Origin: Octopus vulgaris
Taxonomy: Eukaryota
DNA length: 64,000 nucleotides
Reading direction: 5' to 3'
NCBI GenBank assembly: GCA_951406725.2
Contig: OX597822.1
Location: 45,694,001-45,758,000 of the forward strand
Position numbers and translations under genes: made by a program. Under the pieces are notes generated by a model. The model saw nothing but the letters and a program-made list of their open reading frames with translations. It ran no database searches and was not told the DNA's origin. Positions within the stretch are counted from its first letter, which is position 1; the number at the start of each line of letters is the position of its first letter. Below are positions 38,042-50,326 of the stretch, in pieces.

Positions 38042-38056
38042 GGAGGAGGAGGAGGA
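37877..38056. repeat. (GAG/GAA)n trinucleotide tract
   Basis: Directly visible. Confidence 0.95.
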
Positions 38057-38371
38057 CATGAAGGGTGATGATAAGAGCAGCTATTAATAGGGTGCCATTT
38101 ATGCAAATCAGCCACAATCACTTGTTCCTTTTTCCATATAGCCACAAATAATGCAAGGTAGGTCATACAAGGCATGATGTCTTGTTATGTAATCAGGTTT
38201 ATAGCAAACAAGCATTCACTATCACAATTCTCTTAACAATGGAGCATGTTGTGTACTTTTATCTTTTACAATTTATCAAAAATAGATATATGTGTATAAA
38301 AACACACACACACACACACAGACACACACATATTCTTTTATCTTTTACTTGTTTCACCTATTGTTTCACCT

Positions 38372-38703
38372 AACCTAGTGGCAGCGGACTCGCAGTTGTT
38401 GATCGCAGTTTCAATTCCCAGACCAGGCATTGTGAGTGTTTATTGAGCGAAAACACCTAAAGCTCCACGAGGCTCCAGCAAGGGATGGTGGCAGACCCTG
38501 CTGTACTCTTTCACCACAACTTTCTCTCACTCTTACTTCCTGTTTCTGTTGTACCTGTATTTCAAAGGGCCAGCCTTGTCACACTCTGTGTCACACTGAA
38601 TATCCCCGAGAACTACATTAAGGGTACAAGTGTCTGTGAAGTGCTCAGCCACTTGCATGTTAATTTCACGAACAGGCTGTTCCGTTGATCGGTTCAACTG
38701 GAA
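38372..38703 (+). mobile_element. tRNA-derived SINE, family C
   Basis: TAGTGGCAGCGG A-box-like and GTTTCAATTCC B-box-like motifs; body related to 30190-30310(-). Confidence 0.55.
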
Positions 38704-38704
38704 C

Positions 38705-39085
38705 ATATTTGCCACTTAAATGTGGCTAACCCTTAAGGGTGGATGCTACTGTAGCTTGTAGCCCCAGGATTTAGCTCAGAGATTTATTATTGCTTGTTTA
38801 CACTTTTTCGAGATCAGTGACTTTTCATCACTGGAAAAAGGATATACATATTTGCATTGGGAACCATTTCACATCAACAACCGGTGTACTGATGATGGGT
38901 CAATACTCAGAAACTCAGGTCCGTGTGTATCATGTCAGGTTGGAGATGGGAATGATGACTTCCCTTTGCAAATACTGATAGGGCACAGAAAGTGTCAATA
39001 GCCAGCTGGAAGAGGTGTCCTCCTGGGGCTACAAGCTACAGTAGCATCCACCCTTAAGGGTTAGCCACATTTAAGTGGCAAATAT
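38705..39085. mobile_element. Short element with perfect 65-bp inverted ends and an internal hammerhead-like core (probably Penelope-derived)
   Basis: 38705-38769 is the exact reverse complement of 39021-39085; CTGATGA-TGGGT-CAAT-ACTCA-GAAAC at 38889-38914. Confidence 0.65.
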
Positions 39086-39349
39086 TCTTCTTTTATTCTT
39101 TTATTCTTTTACTTGTTTCAGTCAGTTTTGACTGTAGCCATGCTGGAGCACCGCCTTTAGTGAAGCGAATTGAACCCAGGACTTATTCTTTGTAAGCTTA
39201 GTACTTATTCTATTGGTCTTTTTTGGCCGAAATGCTAAGTCACGGGGATGCAAATACACCAGCATCAGTTGTCAAGTGATGTTGGTGAGGAACAAACACA
39301 GACACACAAACACATACGCACACATACAGCACCATCATCATCATCATCG

Positions 39350-39396
<47 letters not shown>

Positions 39397-40022
39397 GTTT
39401 AACGTCCACCTTCCATGCTGGCATGGGTTGGGCGGTTTGACTGAGGGCTGGCAAGCCAGGAGGCTGCACCAGGCCCCAATCTGATCTGACAAAGTTTCTA
39501 CAGCTGGATACCCTTCCTAATGCCAACCACTCCGAGAGTGTAGTGGGTGCTTTTTATGTGTCACCAGCATGAGGGCCAGTCAAGCAGTACAGGCATCAGC
39601 ACATATATATTTATATATGATGGGCTTATTTCACTTTCCATCAACCAAATCCACTCACAAGGCTTTGGTCAGCCCAAGGCTAGAGTAGATGACACTTGCC
39701 CAAGGCACCATGCAGTGGGAGTGAACCTAGAACCATGTGGTTGGTAAGCAAGCTACTTACCACACAGCCACTCCTGCGCCTATAACTTAATCTTTTATTT
39801 TTTGCTTGTTTCAGTCATCATTTAACTGTGGCCATGCTGGGGCACTGCCTTGAAGGGTTTTAGTCGAGTAAATCAACCCCAGGACTGAACCTGGAACTAT
39901 GTGACTGGGAAGCAAGCTTCTTATTATAGAGCCTTGCCTGCACCTATATATATGTGTGTGTGTGTGTGTTTGTGTATGTGTGTTTGTGTGTGTGTGTATG
40001 TATATGTATGTATATGTATGTA

Positions 40023-40070
<48 letters not shown>

Positions 40071-40282
40071 GTATATATATATGTATACCGCATGTATATT
40101 GTTGGCGATTTTTTTCATCCATCTTCCTTTCTTTGGATCTTTCCTTTTTCTATGTTTCTGACAAAGAGCTCTGCTTGAAACGTTAAATCCTCCTTCTTTC
40201 TTTCCTTTCCTAGCATCCAATAACACTATACTTTTTCTATGTCCTCGCGTTGTGTTTTCTCTTTCTGTTTTCATGTTTGGAT

Positions 40283-40367
<85 letters not shown>

Positions 40368-40426
40368 TAGAAAAATTGAATAAGGTGACAAACACTCAGT
40401 ATGTTATTAAATCATTTATATCTTCA

Positions 40427-40938
40427 CTAGCAGTATCGCCCGGCGTTGCTCGGGTTTGTAAGGGAAATAACTATATAAGCATTTTTAGAGAGTTACTTCC
40501 CTTATAGATACCAATTCGGGCTTTCTTAGCCATTTCTGTTTTGGTGTCTTCAAGCCATGAAGTCGTTGTTCTAAAAGAACGCTGGTCTCCTTGACAACGC
40601 TTTATGACGTTGATTTCCTTACACTCCCTTCCCCACAGTTTCACGAGGGAGGGAAGAAGGGGAGAAGCAAACAGGTGCAGATGTGAGCATGGACGCCAAC
40701 TCCGCTACCATCGACACACGAAAAATTATGCATTAAAATGGAATAAAAAATGATGTTAAATTATTTTTAAAATCGTAGACTCATCGTAGACGCATGCTAA
40801 TAGCCAGACGGGCTCGATATGAATCACGACTATAAGATACCCGAATTTGGTTAAACTGCACCGCAAAATGTGGGAGTAGTTAGGAATCTAAATCAAAGGG
40901 GACAGACACTCACACAACTACAGTTTTATATATATAGA
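40427..40938 (-). mobile_element. Non-autonomous Helitron
   Basis: Minus strand starts A|TCTATATATATAAAA and ends with hairpin CCCGAGCAACGCCGGG then ...CTAG|T; no TSD. Confidence 0.8.
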
Positions 40939-41030
40939 TATCTTCTACACATGTTTCGATGGATGCATTCAAAATACACCGACAGGATGAATTATGGTCA
41001 GCTATGCATGAATCTCATCAGGAAGGATAT
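40938..41030 (-). ncRNA. Minimal type-I hammerhead ribozyme with an extended stem II
   Basis: Minus strand: ATATCCTTC-CTGATGA-GAT...ATC-GAAA-C-ATGT-GTA-GAAGATAT. All conserved core nucleotides are present and stems I, II and III pair. Confidence 0.7.
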
Positions 41031-41296
41031 AAACAGCACTCACCAAATAGACATTTTTACAGATAATTCATCCTGCCAGATGTATTTTGATGCATCCGTC
41101 GAAACATATGTGTGTGTGTGTGTATGCATATATGTGTGTGTGTATAGATCAACACTACCTGGACAGGCACAACAGGTGCCACATGTCAGATGTCGAATGC
41201 TTTGCTCAGGAACACAATGCAATGCCCGGTCTTGGAATCGAACCCATGATCTTGCAACCATGAGTCCAACACCTTAACCACCTAGCCATGTGCCTT

Positions 41297-41410
<114 letters not shown>

Positions 41411-41523
41411 TAGTTATCGCCATACTAATATGGCATTCTTAAAAATAAGAATAAAGCTGTCGCTGATTAGCTCCAAGAAGCCATCGCCTCAAGCTAGCTA
41501 CTTGACACACAAACTGTGTCCGT

Positions 41524-41555
<32 letters not shown>

Positions 41556-41955
41556 AAGGCACATGGCTAGGTGGTTAAGGTGTTGGACTCATGGTTGCAA
41601 GATCATGGGTTCGATTCCAAGACTGGGCGTTGCATTGTGTTCCTGAGCAAAGCATTTGATATAAACAGCACTCACCAAACAGACATTTTTACAGATAATT
41701 CATCCTGCCAGATGTATTTTGATGCATCCGTCGAAACATATGTGTGTGTGTGTGTGTATGCATATGTGTGTGTGTGTTAATAACGGATGCAGTTTGTGTG
41801 TCAAGTAGCTAGCTTGAGGCGATGGCTTCATGGAGCTAATCAGCAACAGCTTTATTCTTATTTTTAAGAATGCCATATTAGTATGGCGATAACTATTAAT
41901 TTCCAGAAACGCTGTCGTAATCTCTTTTAAAGAGACTTAGTAATTTTAATATTTC

Positions 41956-42001
<46 letters not shown>

Positions 42002-42079
42002 GTACGTATGTATGTATGTATCTTTTATCTTTTATGGTTTCAGTCATTAGACTGTGGCCATGTTGGGGCATCAGCTGTA

Positions 42080-42581
42080 TCATCATCATCATCATCATCA
42101 TTTAATGTCTGTGTTCCATGCTAGCATGGGTGGACTTCTGTGACAGTTTTGGCAGGATTTTACAGCTGGATGCCCTTCCTAACACCAACTGCTCAGCAGA
42201 GTGGATTTAATGCTTTTTACATGGCACAGGCACAGGCAAGGTCAGTTTTGGCAAGGTTTTTACAGCTGGATTCCCTTCTGAACACCAACCATTTTGCAGT
42301 GTTGAATGGGTGCTTTTAAGTGGCACCTGCACTGATAGGATCACCAAGTACTTGCAAGACAAAAACTTTTTAAGTGGGGAGGAGGCATTGGAGGAGATGA
42401 TAATGAAAAGATTATAATGAGACAGATATAGGTGTGTTGCTGAAGAGGAAGTACAAGGTTACCTGACAGGAGTGAGAAAGACCAGGAATGAAGACAGAAA
42501 CAGGTGTGCTGCCACAAAGGAAATACATGGTTGCCCAACCTGAGGGAAGTGCAGGAGAAGGAGAAAGAGGGAGAGAGAGTG

Positions 42582-42616
<35 letters not shown>

Positions 42617-43440
42617 GTGAGTGAGAGAGAGAGAGAGAGAGAGAGTGGGTGACCACAGGATGGAGATGATGGTAAAATACTGGGCATACTCACAAGGAAC
42701 AGGGATCAGAGTATAAATGAGATGGTTGAGTAAAGGAAGAGCGAGATATAGATGGTGGCAAGTGCCAGGGCATATCCTTGAAGTTCAAATACCATAATGT
42801 AAGTGACAGGATATTGTGAAGGGAGTGTGATTGAAGAGTGCAAGTAAGTGGTGAAAAACCTGGGTATGTATAGAGTTGGAGGAGCTACTGGATAGCAATG
42901 ATACAGACAAGCAGGGGTGTGAGGACAGGATTGGGTGTGAGAGCTAGGCAAGGGGTGTGAGTTCTGCATAATGAATGAAGGAGGAAATGCGAGAAAGAGA
43001 AGAGACATAGATTGGTTTGTTGGGGTAGGGTGAGGGAAAAGTTTTCTTGTTATATGTGGGTGGAACACCCAGGTCAGTGGCTTGCAGATGGCAATAATAG
43101 AGTGAGACAAGGCATGTGGGGAGAACGCACAGGTTGGGGGCAAGCAGAGAGCAATGATAGAGTGGCACCGGGCCAAGAGGACAAGATTGGGGAGTGGAAG
43201 GTAACCATAGTACAAGAATCAGAAATGTGAGGAAAAGAAGGGATGTAGAGATGTAGTTTGGTTTGTTGTGGTAGAGTGTGTGAGAAGTTTTCTGCACAGC
43301 GCTTCTAGAACTCAGTCTCACTGATGTGAGTGGGTCTTCTCAAGAACTTCATATCGCCAGACATCTCAGTCCATGGTCATTTCTTCTGTGAGGTCCAACT
43401 TCCTGAGATCAGTCCTTACCACTTCGTCCCATGTCTTGAG
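42080..43440 (-). mobile_element. 5'-truncated RTE element of a second subfamily (ORF2 end, long pyrimidine-rich 3' UTR, (GAT)n tail)
   Basis: KTWDEVVRTDLRKLDLTEEMT at 43370-43440; RTE-type tail AGGAAGGGCATCCAGCTGTA...CCCATGCTAGCATGG...(ATG)n at 42080-42200. Continuity of the middle section is inferred. Confidence 0.65.
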
Positions 43441-43869
43441 TATATGCATGAGTATAAGTATGTATGTGTATGTATACATACATATATATTTATGTATGTG
43501 TGAGTGTGTATGTGTATGTACCCTTGTATGTATATGTACAAACATGTGTATGTATGTATGTATGTATGCATGCATGCATGCATGCATGCATGTATGTATG
43601 TATGTATGTATGTATGTATGTATGTATGCATGTATGTATGTATGTATGCATGCATGCATGCATGGATGTATGTATGTATATATGTATGCATGTATGAACG
43701 TGTACACTTTTAGAAAATTGTCACTTTATAAGATTCTGCTGGTAAATTTTAAAATTAACATAAACATTTATTTACATGAAAGAAAATTACTGGAAAACCT
43801 TTCTTTTAAAACTGTATTGAAACCATTTATGGGGATTTTTTTATCACAGCAACTGGTCGCACACAGCAA

Positions 43870-44930
43870 GGTTTAACAGAACTTCATGAAGTAAACCAGC
43901 ACACTCGTAGCATTACTAAGGTGTTGGGAAAGCCAATCACCATGAAGGGCATCACATGCAAGCTGCCAACGTTGACAAAAACTTTGCAGTTAGTGGCCCA
44001 GTTCCTCCGAATGTCTCAAACACCACATGTTCAAAGAGATAATTCACTGTCAGGTCCTGATATTTCAAGATTTGTTCCTTTCAGCTACAGAAGTAGTGAC
44101 CCTCCCATTAACTGCATCATCCAGGATGTTGGAGGGAGCAAAGAAGTCACAGACTGTGGAATCCCAAATGAGGCACCTATATCTAACTCAGGGCCTGAGA
44201 GTAAGACCATCTGGTCTATTTCCATCACTTCTGGATAACCCCAACAGCTCCAGAACCGAGGGGATATTAGTCCCAGTCAGGGCCTGCTCAGTGTGATGAG
44301 CGAAGCGACCAGCATTTAGGTGGCAAGACAGACCATGAAGACCTGTGAGGTTGGGATGTCTACCACAGCGACATCTCAGTCCCCTACAGACGTCAGCACC
44401 CACTCTGAGTGTGATGGAGATGCGGAGTTCATCTAGACTGAGTTGACCTCTAATGTTGGCCACAGGCAGGGTACCAATCCAGTCCCTTGAGAATTTTGCA
44501 CTGGCGGAAAGTAGGTGACACCTTGAAAATTGATCAGATTGATCAAGGAGAGAGTTGAAAGTGGCACCTGAACGCAGATTGTCTCATACTCTTTGTTTCT
44601 GTCAATCCTCCACTGTAATCAGAACTGACAAACCCAGCTCTCTCCCCACTGTGATAGAGCTTCATCCATCTCCCTATTGGAATTAATCTATGTTGGAGAG
44701 GAGAAGCTGTTGCCTAGCAAAGGGGAGCAAGCATGGATCAAGGAAAGAAAACAGGAAAGAGATGAGAACAAGCACTTGTGCAGACCTGAATCCCCAAACC
44801 GTTTGAGCAAAGCAGCTTGGCTGTGGGAGTCTGGGATGAGTTTGACATTGACCAAGCATTTGAGTTTCCTGAAGATTAGGTTGTCAAAGTACTGGAGGGA
44901 CGACAGGAATTTTTAAGAGAGCCCAACTCT
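43870..44930 (-). mobile_element. Decayed CRE-clade non-LTR retrotransposon (post-RT region, zinc knuckle, restriction-like endonuclease)
   Basis: GDWIGTLPVAN, ITLRVGADVC..CRCG...GLHGLSC...GRFAHH, GNRPDGLTLRP and LIWDST. Confidence 0.8.
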
Positions 44931-44965
44931 CAGAAAATACAATAGCTTAGGAATGTATGTGTATG

Positions 44966-45003
<38 letters not shown>

Positions 45004-45089
45004 CACACATCATACACATCAGGCTTGTTTCAGTGTTCGTCTACCAAATTTACTCAAGACTTCAGTTGGTCTTGGGCTATAGTAGAAGA

Positions 45090-45302
45090 TACAACACAGA
45101 AAACAACACAGCTCCCATGACTTTCGGAAACATTTTTTCACGCTCAGAGTTGCTGAAGCATGGAATAAACTGCCTGCGTCAGTTGCTGACTGCCATGACA
45201 CTGCATCCTTTAAGGCCCTCATGCTTTCCGAAATCCGCCGAAACTACACCTGATTATATATACACTTTAGATGAGTTGTAGTGCACCTGAGCACTGTACA
45301 CA

Positions 45303-45350
<48 letters not shown>
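45090..45350 (+). mobile_element. 3' end of a CR1/L2-group LINE with a (TTA)n tail, inserted in a SINE
   Basis: RKHFFTLRVAEAWNKLPASV...ASFK followed by a short UTR and (TAT)n. Confidence 0.75.
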
Positions 45351-46249
45351 CCTGCCCAAGGTGCCATGCAGTGGGACTGAACCATAAATTATGTGATTGT
45401 GAAGTGAATTTCTTCACCACACATCCATGTCTGCACCTACATGTGTGTGCGTGTGTGCATAGATATATACACGTGTGTGTGTGTTTTGTGTGTTTGTATT
45501 TGTGTGTGTGTGTGTATGTGTGTATCGGTATGCATATGCTTGCGCCCACCTTTTTTTTTATATTCACGTTAAATTCTAATATAATTCTTATCTATGTCAC
45601 CTTCATTGTATTTGTTAAAAGAAAAATTATCTACGAAAAGGATTTTTCTGAAAGTAATCAGGAAATAAAGCTGGGTGGGATGAGACCGAAATATACTGGG
45701 ATAGGCTTATACAATCAATGGGTGAGTGAGTTAGTCGCAGTGACGTATGAAAATTAATGCTTGAATATGCAAAACACCCACAGATAGGTAGAAACCATCA
45801 AATAGGGAAAATAGGAAGCCCGTAAAACTTTTTTTTATTTTCAGCACAAAGCACTTGTCCTTCCTTGATGTAGCGGTAATAATAATAATAATATTTTATT
45901 AAGAATAAATAATTATTATTATTGATTAATTAAATGTTTCTATTAATACTGAAGGGGAAAAATATATTTAAAACATTTAAGTCCTTTCCAGCGACTTGGT
46001 ACGAAAATATAAAAATTGTATTTCATTTGCTTTTCTGTTTTTACGAAATTTATTTCGTTTTTGGTCTTCCGTATAAAAGTTTGAGCTGTTATAATGTGAG
46101 TGAATGAGTGAGTGAAGTTACGAGTGGGTGTGTATGTGTACATGAGTGAATCAACGAGTGAGTGAGTATGTGAGTGAAGGTATGAGTGAGTGTGTGTACA
46201 AGAGTGATTTTGTGAGTGCGTGTGTTTGTAGTGGAAGTATTATTGTCAG

Positions 46250-46420
46250 TTGGAGGGTGACAAGTAACGTCGTCAACACTCAGTTGCTGTTGCTCTGAAA
46301 CGTTTAAGAACCACGCACGTAGGAGCATAATGAATTTAACTTAACTTTACTTAATTCGACGTCACTAAATTTAGTTTATATTTCCCCTCCACACAACTTT
46401 GGCACGGCAGCCATAACTTT
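46250..46420 (+). promoter_or_regulatory. Probable promoter region of the CHPF-like gene
   Basis: Unique, locally CpG-retaining sequence 280-450 bp upstream of the ATG; CRE-like CGACGTCA at ~46357 and CACGT at ~46316. TSS not determined. Confidence 0.35.
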
Positions 46421-46423
46421 TAT

Positions 46424-46459
<36 letters not shown>

Positions 46460-46698
46460 CAACATCCGAGGTTAAAAAAGTTTACTCTGATATCTACCTT
46501 TATATATTACATATTTACAAAGGAAAATATTACATAGATATCTCGTATATAATACATATATACATACACACACACGTACATCTCTCTTTCTTTTTCTTTC
46601 GTATATAAATATACATACACACACTGAGTGAAATAACTTCCGAAAAAAAATATATATAATTGACTAACAAACAAAATTTTGGAATTCAACATAGCGAG

Positions 46699-47529
46699 AT
46701 GGTGATAAGGAAGTGCCGTTTATGTTGGCGACCTGTAGCTCCATGTATCATCGGCCTTTGTCTTGGAATTACTTTCAGTTTAATCTATGTGCCTTTCATC
46801 AGTGAGCAGCGATGTTCTGTTAAAACCGACGAAGAAAAACAACTAGAACTGATCAAACTACGCGAAACGAAGTCTTTACATGTCCAAGAACGGTTCGCGG
46901 GACCACCACCGCAAGCTGCGGTGCTGGACTCGTCGCAGAACCAGAAGCGAACTCAGCAAGATAACAACGCACAGAACCCGGTGAACAATGCAGACAATAT
47001 CAACAAGAAGAATGAACCGAGGTTAAAACTGCAAGGCCAAGGCAATGTCCACGATTCTATCCCGGTCGGGCCTCCTGCACCAGGAATTAAATTCCATAAG
47101 ATGGCCAGACCTCGTTATATCTCTACCGAACTGGGCATCCGTGAGAAGCTATTTGTGGCCGTGATAACTTCACCTGAGAGTTTGGATACACTGGCAGTGG
47201 CCTTTAATAAAAGTGTTGCTCACCATGTTACCAAACTGGTGTTCTTCAACAACAAGAAAAGCATGAACTACGCAGGGAGCGGTATGACAGTGATCGGCTT
47301 TTCTCAGGCCAACTCCGAACACATCCTACCGTTGCTTATTCTCAAATACTTGGGAGATCACTACTCTAATACATTTGATTATTACATGTTCGTCTCGGAC
47401 AAAACCTACGTCCGTGGTGAGAAAGTATTCGACTTGGTCAGTGATATCAGTGTCAGTGAAGATGTCTACCTGGGAGCTGTCCAAAAAGATGGAAAATGTA
47501 CTTTAGATGGAGGAGTAATTATATCACAA
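46699..47529 (+). CDS. CHPF: First coding exon (277 codons) of chondroitin polymerizing factor / chondroitin sulfate synthase 2-like glycosyltransferase
   Basis: ATG at 46699; N-terminal type II TM anchor (CIIGLCLGITFSLIYVPF); RPRYISTELGIREKLFVAVIT, TLAVAFNK, FDYYMFVSDKTYV, VYLG and CTLDGGVIIS match the CHPF family as I recall it; phase-0 donor CAA|GTAAGT at 47529/47530. Confidence 0.9.
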
Positions 47530-48941
47530 GTAAGTCCAACCCTTTCATAAATGTTTGAGTCCATTTCAGATTTATTTTATTTTTGTATCTCGGCCGTCAG
47601 CTGAGAGCTGGGTTAGAACTTCATTTCGATTTTTACTGTTTTTACAATTATTATTATTATATTTCTTCGTTTTTCAATTTTGTTTGTATTTCTTGCTGTC
47701 TTCCCGATATTTCACAGGCCATTAAAATAAACACACCAGATTATTCAATTACAAAATCAAATGAAGTTATGCAGAAAGAGAAAAGTAAGAGAAAACAATT
47801 TGGAGTGGGGGAAACGAGTAGAGTCTCGGCCGAAAAGTTTACAATTCTTCTGATCTTCTTTGCCTTTTCTTTTCAAAAATCTTGATGAGGTTGCCTTTGA
47901 CAAAAGATCCTGTATGTGTGTATTTTTAAAAAAAAACATTTTGCATGTTTATTGTATATTCTTTGAAGTTTACGGTTTTAATCAAGAGAATTTTAACTTT
48001 ACACAGGCTTTCAGCCTTCGGGAATTGATATAAAAGTTGCAGTCAAGTGCTGAGATGTAACGACACTTTGTAATGTAAGAAACGTTTCCATTATAATCTG
48101 AGACACATAACTTAAGAATTGGCGTGGCTTTATTTTACATTTCCGAATTCAATTCTCAGCCGGAAGTGCAGTCTAAAATTAGTACTGGTTCCATTTTAGG
48201 GACTGACCCCACCTAAAAACTTATAAGCTTTTGAGGCTGTCAGAAATTGTTGTTTATCTATGTAGTTAGTGTTGAGTTCAACTCTGATCAAGCAGATCCA
48301 TGACCAAAGCGTTCCAGTTATGACCATCCCATCTGTATCTAGAACTACATTACGTATTTATATTTGGTAAGGCATAGCTTGTATGCACAGAATGTGAGGA
48401 AACATGCTGCATTGAGGTCTGTAATTATAATTCGAAGAGCAAACGTTGTCCCACATACTATATCACGTTGGTTCTGTCAAAAAATTACGTCAACGACACA
48501 AGTATCTGTGGAATATTTAACAACTTAACACAATATTTCTATAAATAGACAGTTCGGTTGATGCAACAACTGCAATACCCATCATCGAGACCGACGGAGA
48601 TCCATTTACAGAATGTTGATGATTGACTTAATGGGAAAAAATTATGACTTCCCACCAAGTCTGAAAACAGATGAAACCAGCCAACGAGCTCATTCGCCCT
48701 ATTAGAACTCTAATGTCAAATTTGCCTCATATCACATCCGACTGTCTTAGACAAGAACCTATTGGGTAACGTAGTCCTTGATATACTATGCCAGGATAGT
48801 TTACGATTGGGACACCATATTTTAATAGGTTTGATCGATCAGATTTGAGTTCGAACAACATCTATTTGTCGAACAATCTGTCTACCCATCAGTTCATCCA
48901 TCCATCTATCTGTTTACCCACCCATCTCTCTCTCTCTCTCT

Positions 48942-48998
<57 letters not shown>

Positions 48999-50326
48999 CA
49001 TCTATCTATCTGTCTATCCATCTTTGTATCTGTCTGTTTGTCTATCTATCTATCTCTGTCTGCCTGTCTGTCTAGCTTTCCATGTGTCTATTCATTGGTC
49101 TGTCTGTCTATCTATCAGTCTATCTGTCTCTCCACCTATCCATCCATCTATCGGTCTACTTATCCATCCAGCGAGCTGTCTACCTATGTATCCAGTCCTT
49201 CTATCCATTTGTCTGTCTGTGTTCTCTCTCTCCCTCTCTTTGATCAGCCTTGTTAAAATTCTACTCCCAAATACCCTAAACTTAGAATATGATTGCAATA
49301 TTGAAAATTCTAAAAATATTATTCAATGAAGGAATTGAGTACAATTTGGAATTGCTGTGTCTAAATATGATTTAATTACATTTAAAGTATAGCAGTACTC
49401 AAAAACAATAATAAAATGATTCACCTCCCATTCCCTCAGTTTCCACAATTAAGGATACAGGAATAATTAATAATTATATAAAATTTAATGATTATTGTTA
49501 GGAAATTCTTTAAAAAAGCTAATTCTTTATCTGTAATTATTTTCAGAATGTTTATAAAAACTTTTTTTTTTTTTACTTGTTTCAATCATTAGACTGTGGC
49601 CATGCTGGGGCACTGCCTTGAAGAACTTTTAGTTGTGTGAGATGTAAACTTAAAAGTCTGGAACTCCTATTATTTATTTTTTACTTGCTTCAGTCATTGG
49701 GTTGTGGCTATGCTGGAGCATCGCCTTGAAGGGTTTTAGCTGAAATAAATCAGCTCCAATACTTATTCTTTTGGTTAAGTCTGGTATTTAATGTACCAAT
49801 CTCTTTTGGCCTTTCTGCTAAGTTAGGAGATGTAAACAAACCAACACTGGTCATGAAGCAGTGGGGAAAGACAAATACATAAAAGCATGTGTGTTTGTAT
49901 TTTTTTATTATTTTTTTTATTTGTTTCAGTCATTTGGCTGTGGCCATGCTGGAGCACCGCCTTTAGTCAAACAACTCAACTCTAGGACTTATTCTTTGTA
50001 AGCCTAGTACTTATTCTATCGGTCTCTCTTTTGCCGAACTGCTAAGTTATGGGGGACATAAACACACCGACATTGATTGTCAAATGATGATGGGGGGCAA
50101 ACACCGACACACAGATACATACATACATATATAGTTGAAATTTACAGAAAAACAAAAGACGAAGACTGGTGTATGAACAACAAGCAGGTGTATTAGTTTG
50201 ACACTTGGAAAAGTGAGAAAGTCTTTTACATTTCAAGCCTATGCTCTTCAACAGAAAGGAATAAGAGAAAATAAACAGAGAATAAAAAACTTGTAGATTT
50301 AGCAATCAAGCATGGTGTTTGATATG

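Noticed and set aside
37823-38175. Poly-Glu, poly-Ser and poly-Pro ORFs
   Set aside because: Simple (GAG)n tract.
41558-41630. tRNA gene (A box TGGCTAGGTGG, B box GGTTCGATTCC)
   Set aside because: No acceptor stem, and it continues into a SINE body, so it is a tRNA-derived SINE head.
46660-46698. TTG start and 296-aa product given by the ORF track
   Set aside because: In a eukaryotic gene the ATG at 46699 fits a short cytoplasmic tail before the TM anchor, and the last residues lie beyond the splice donor.
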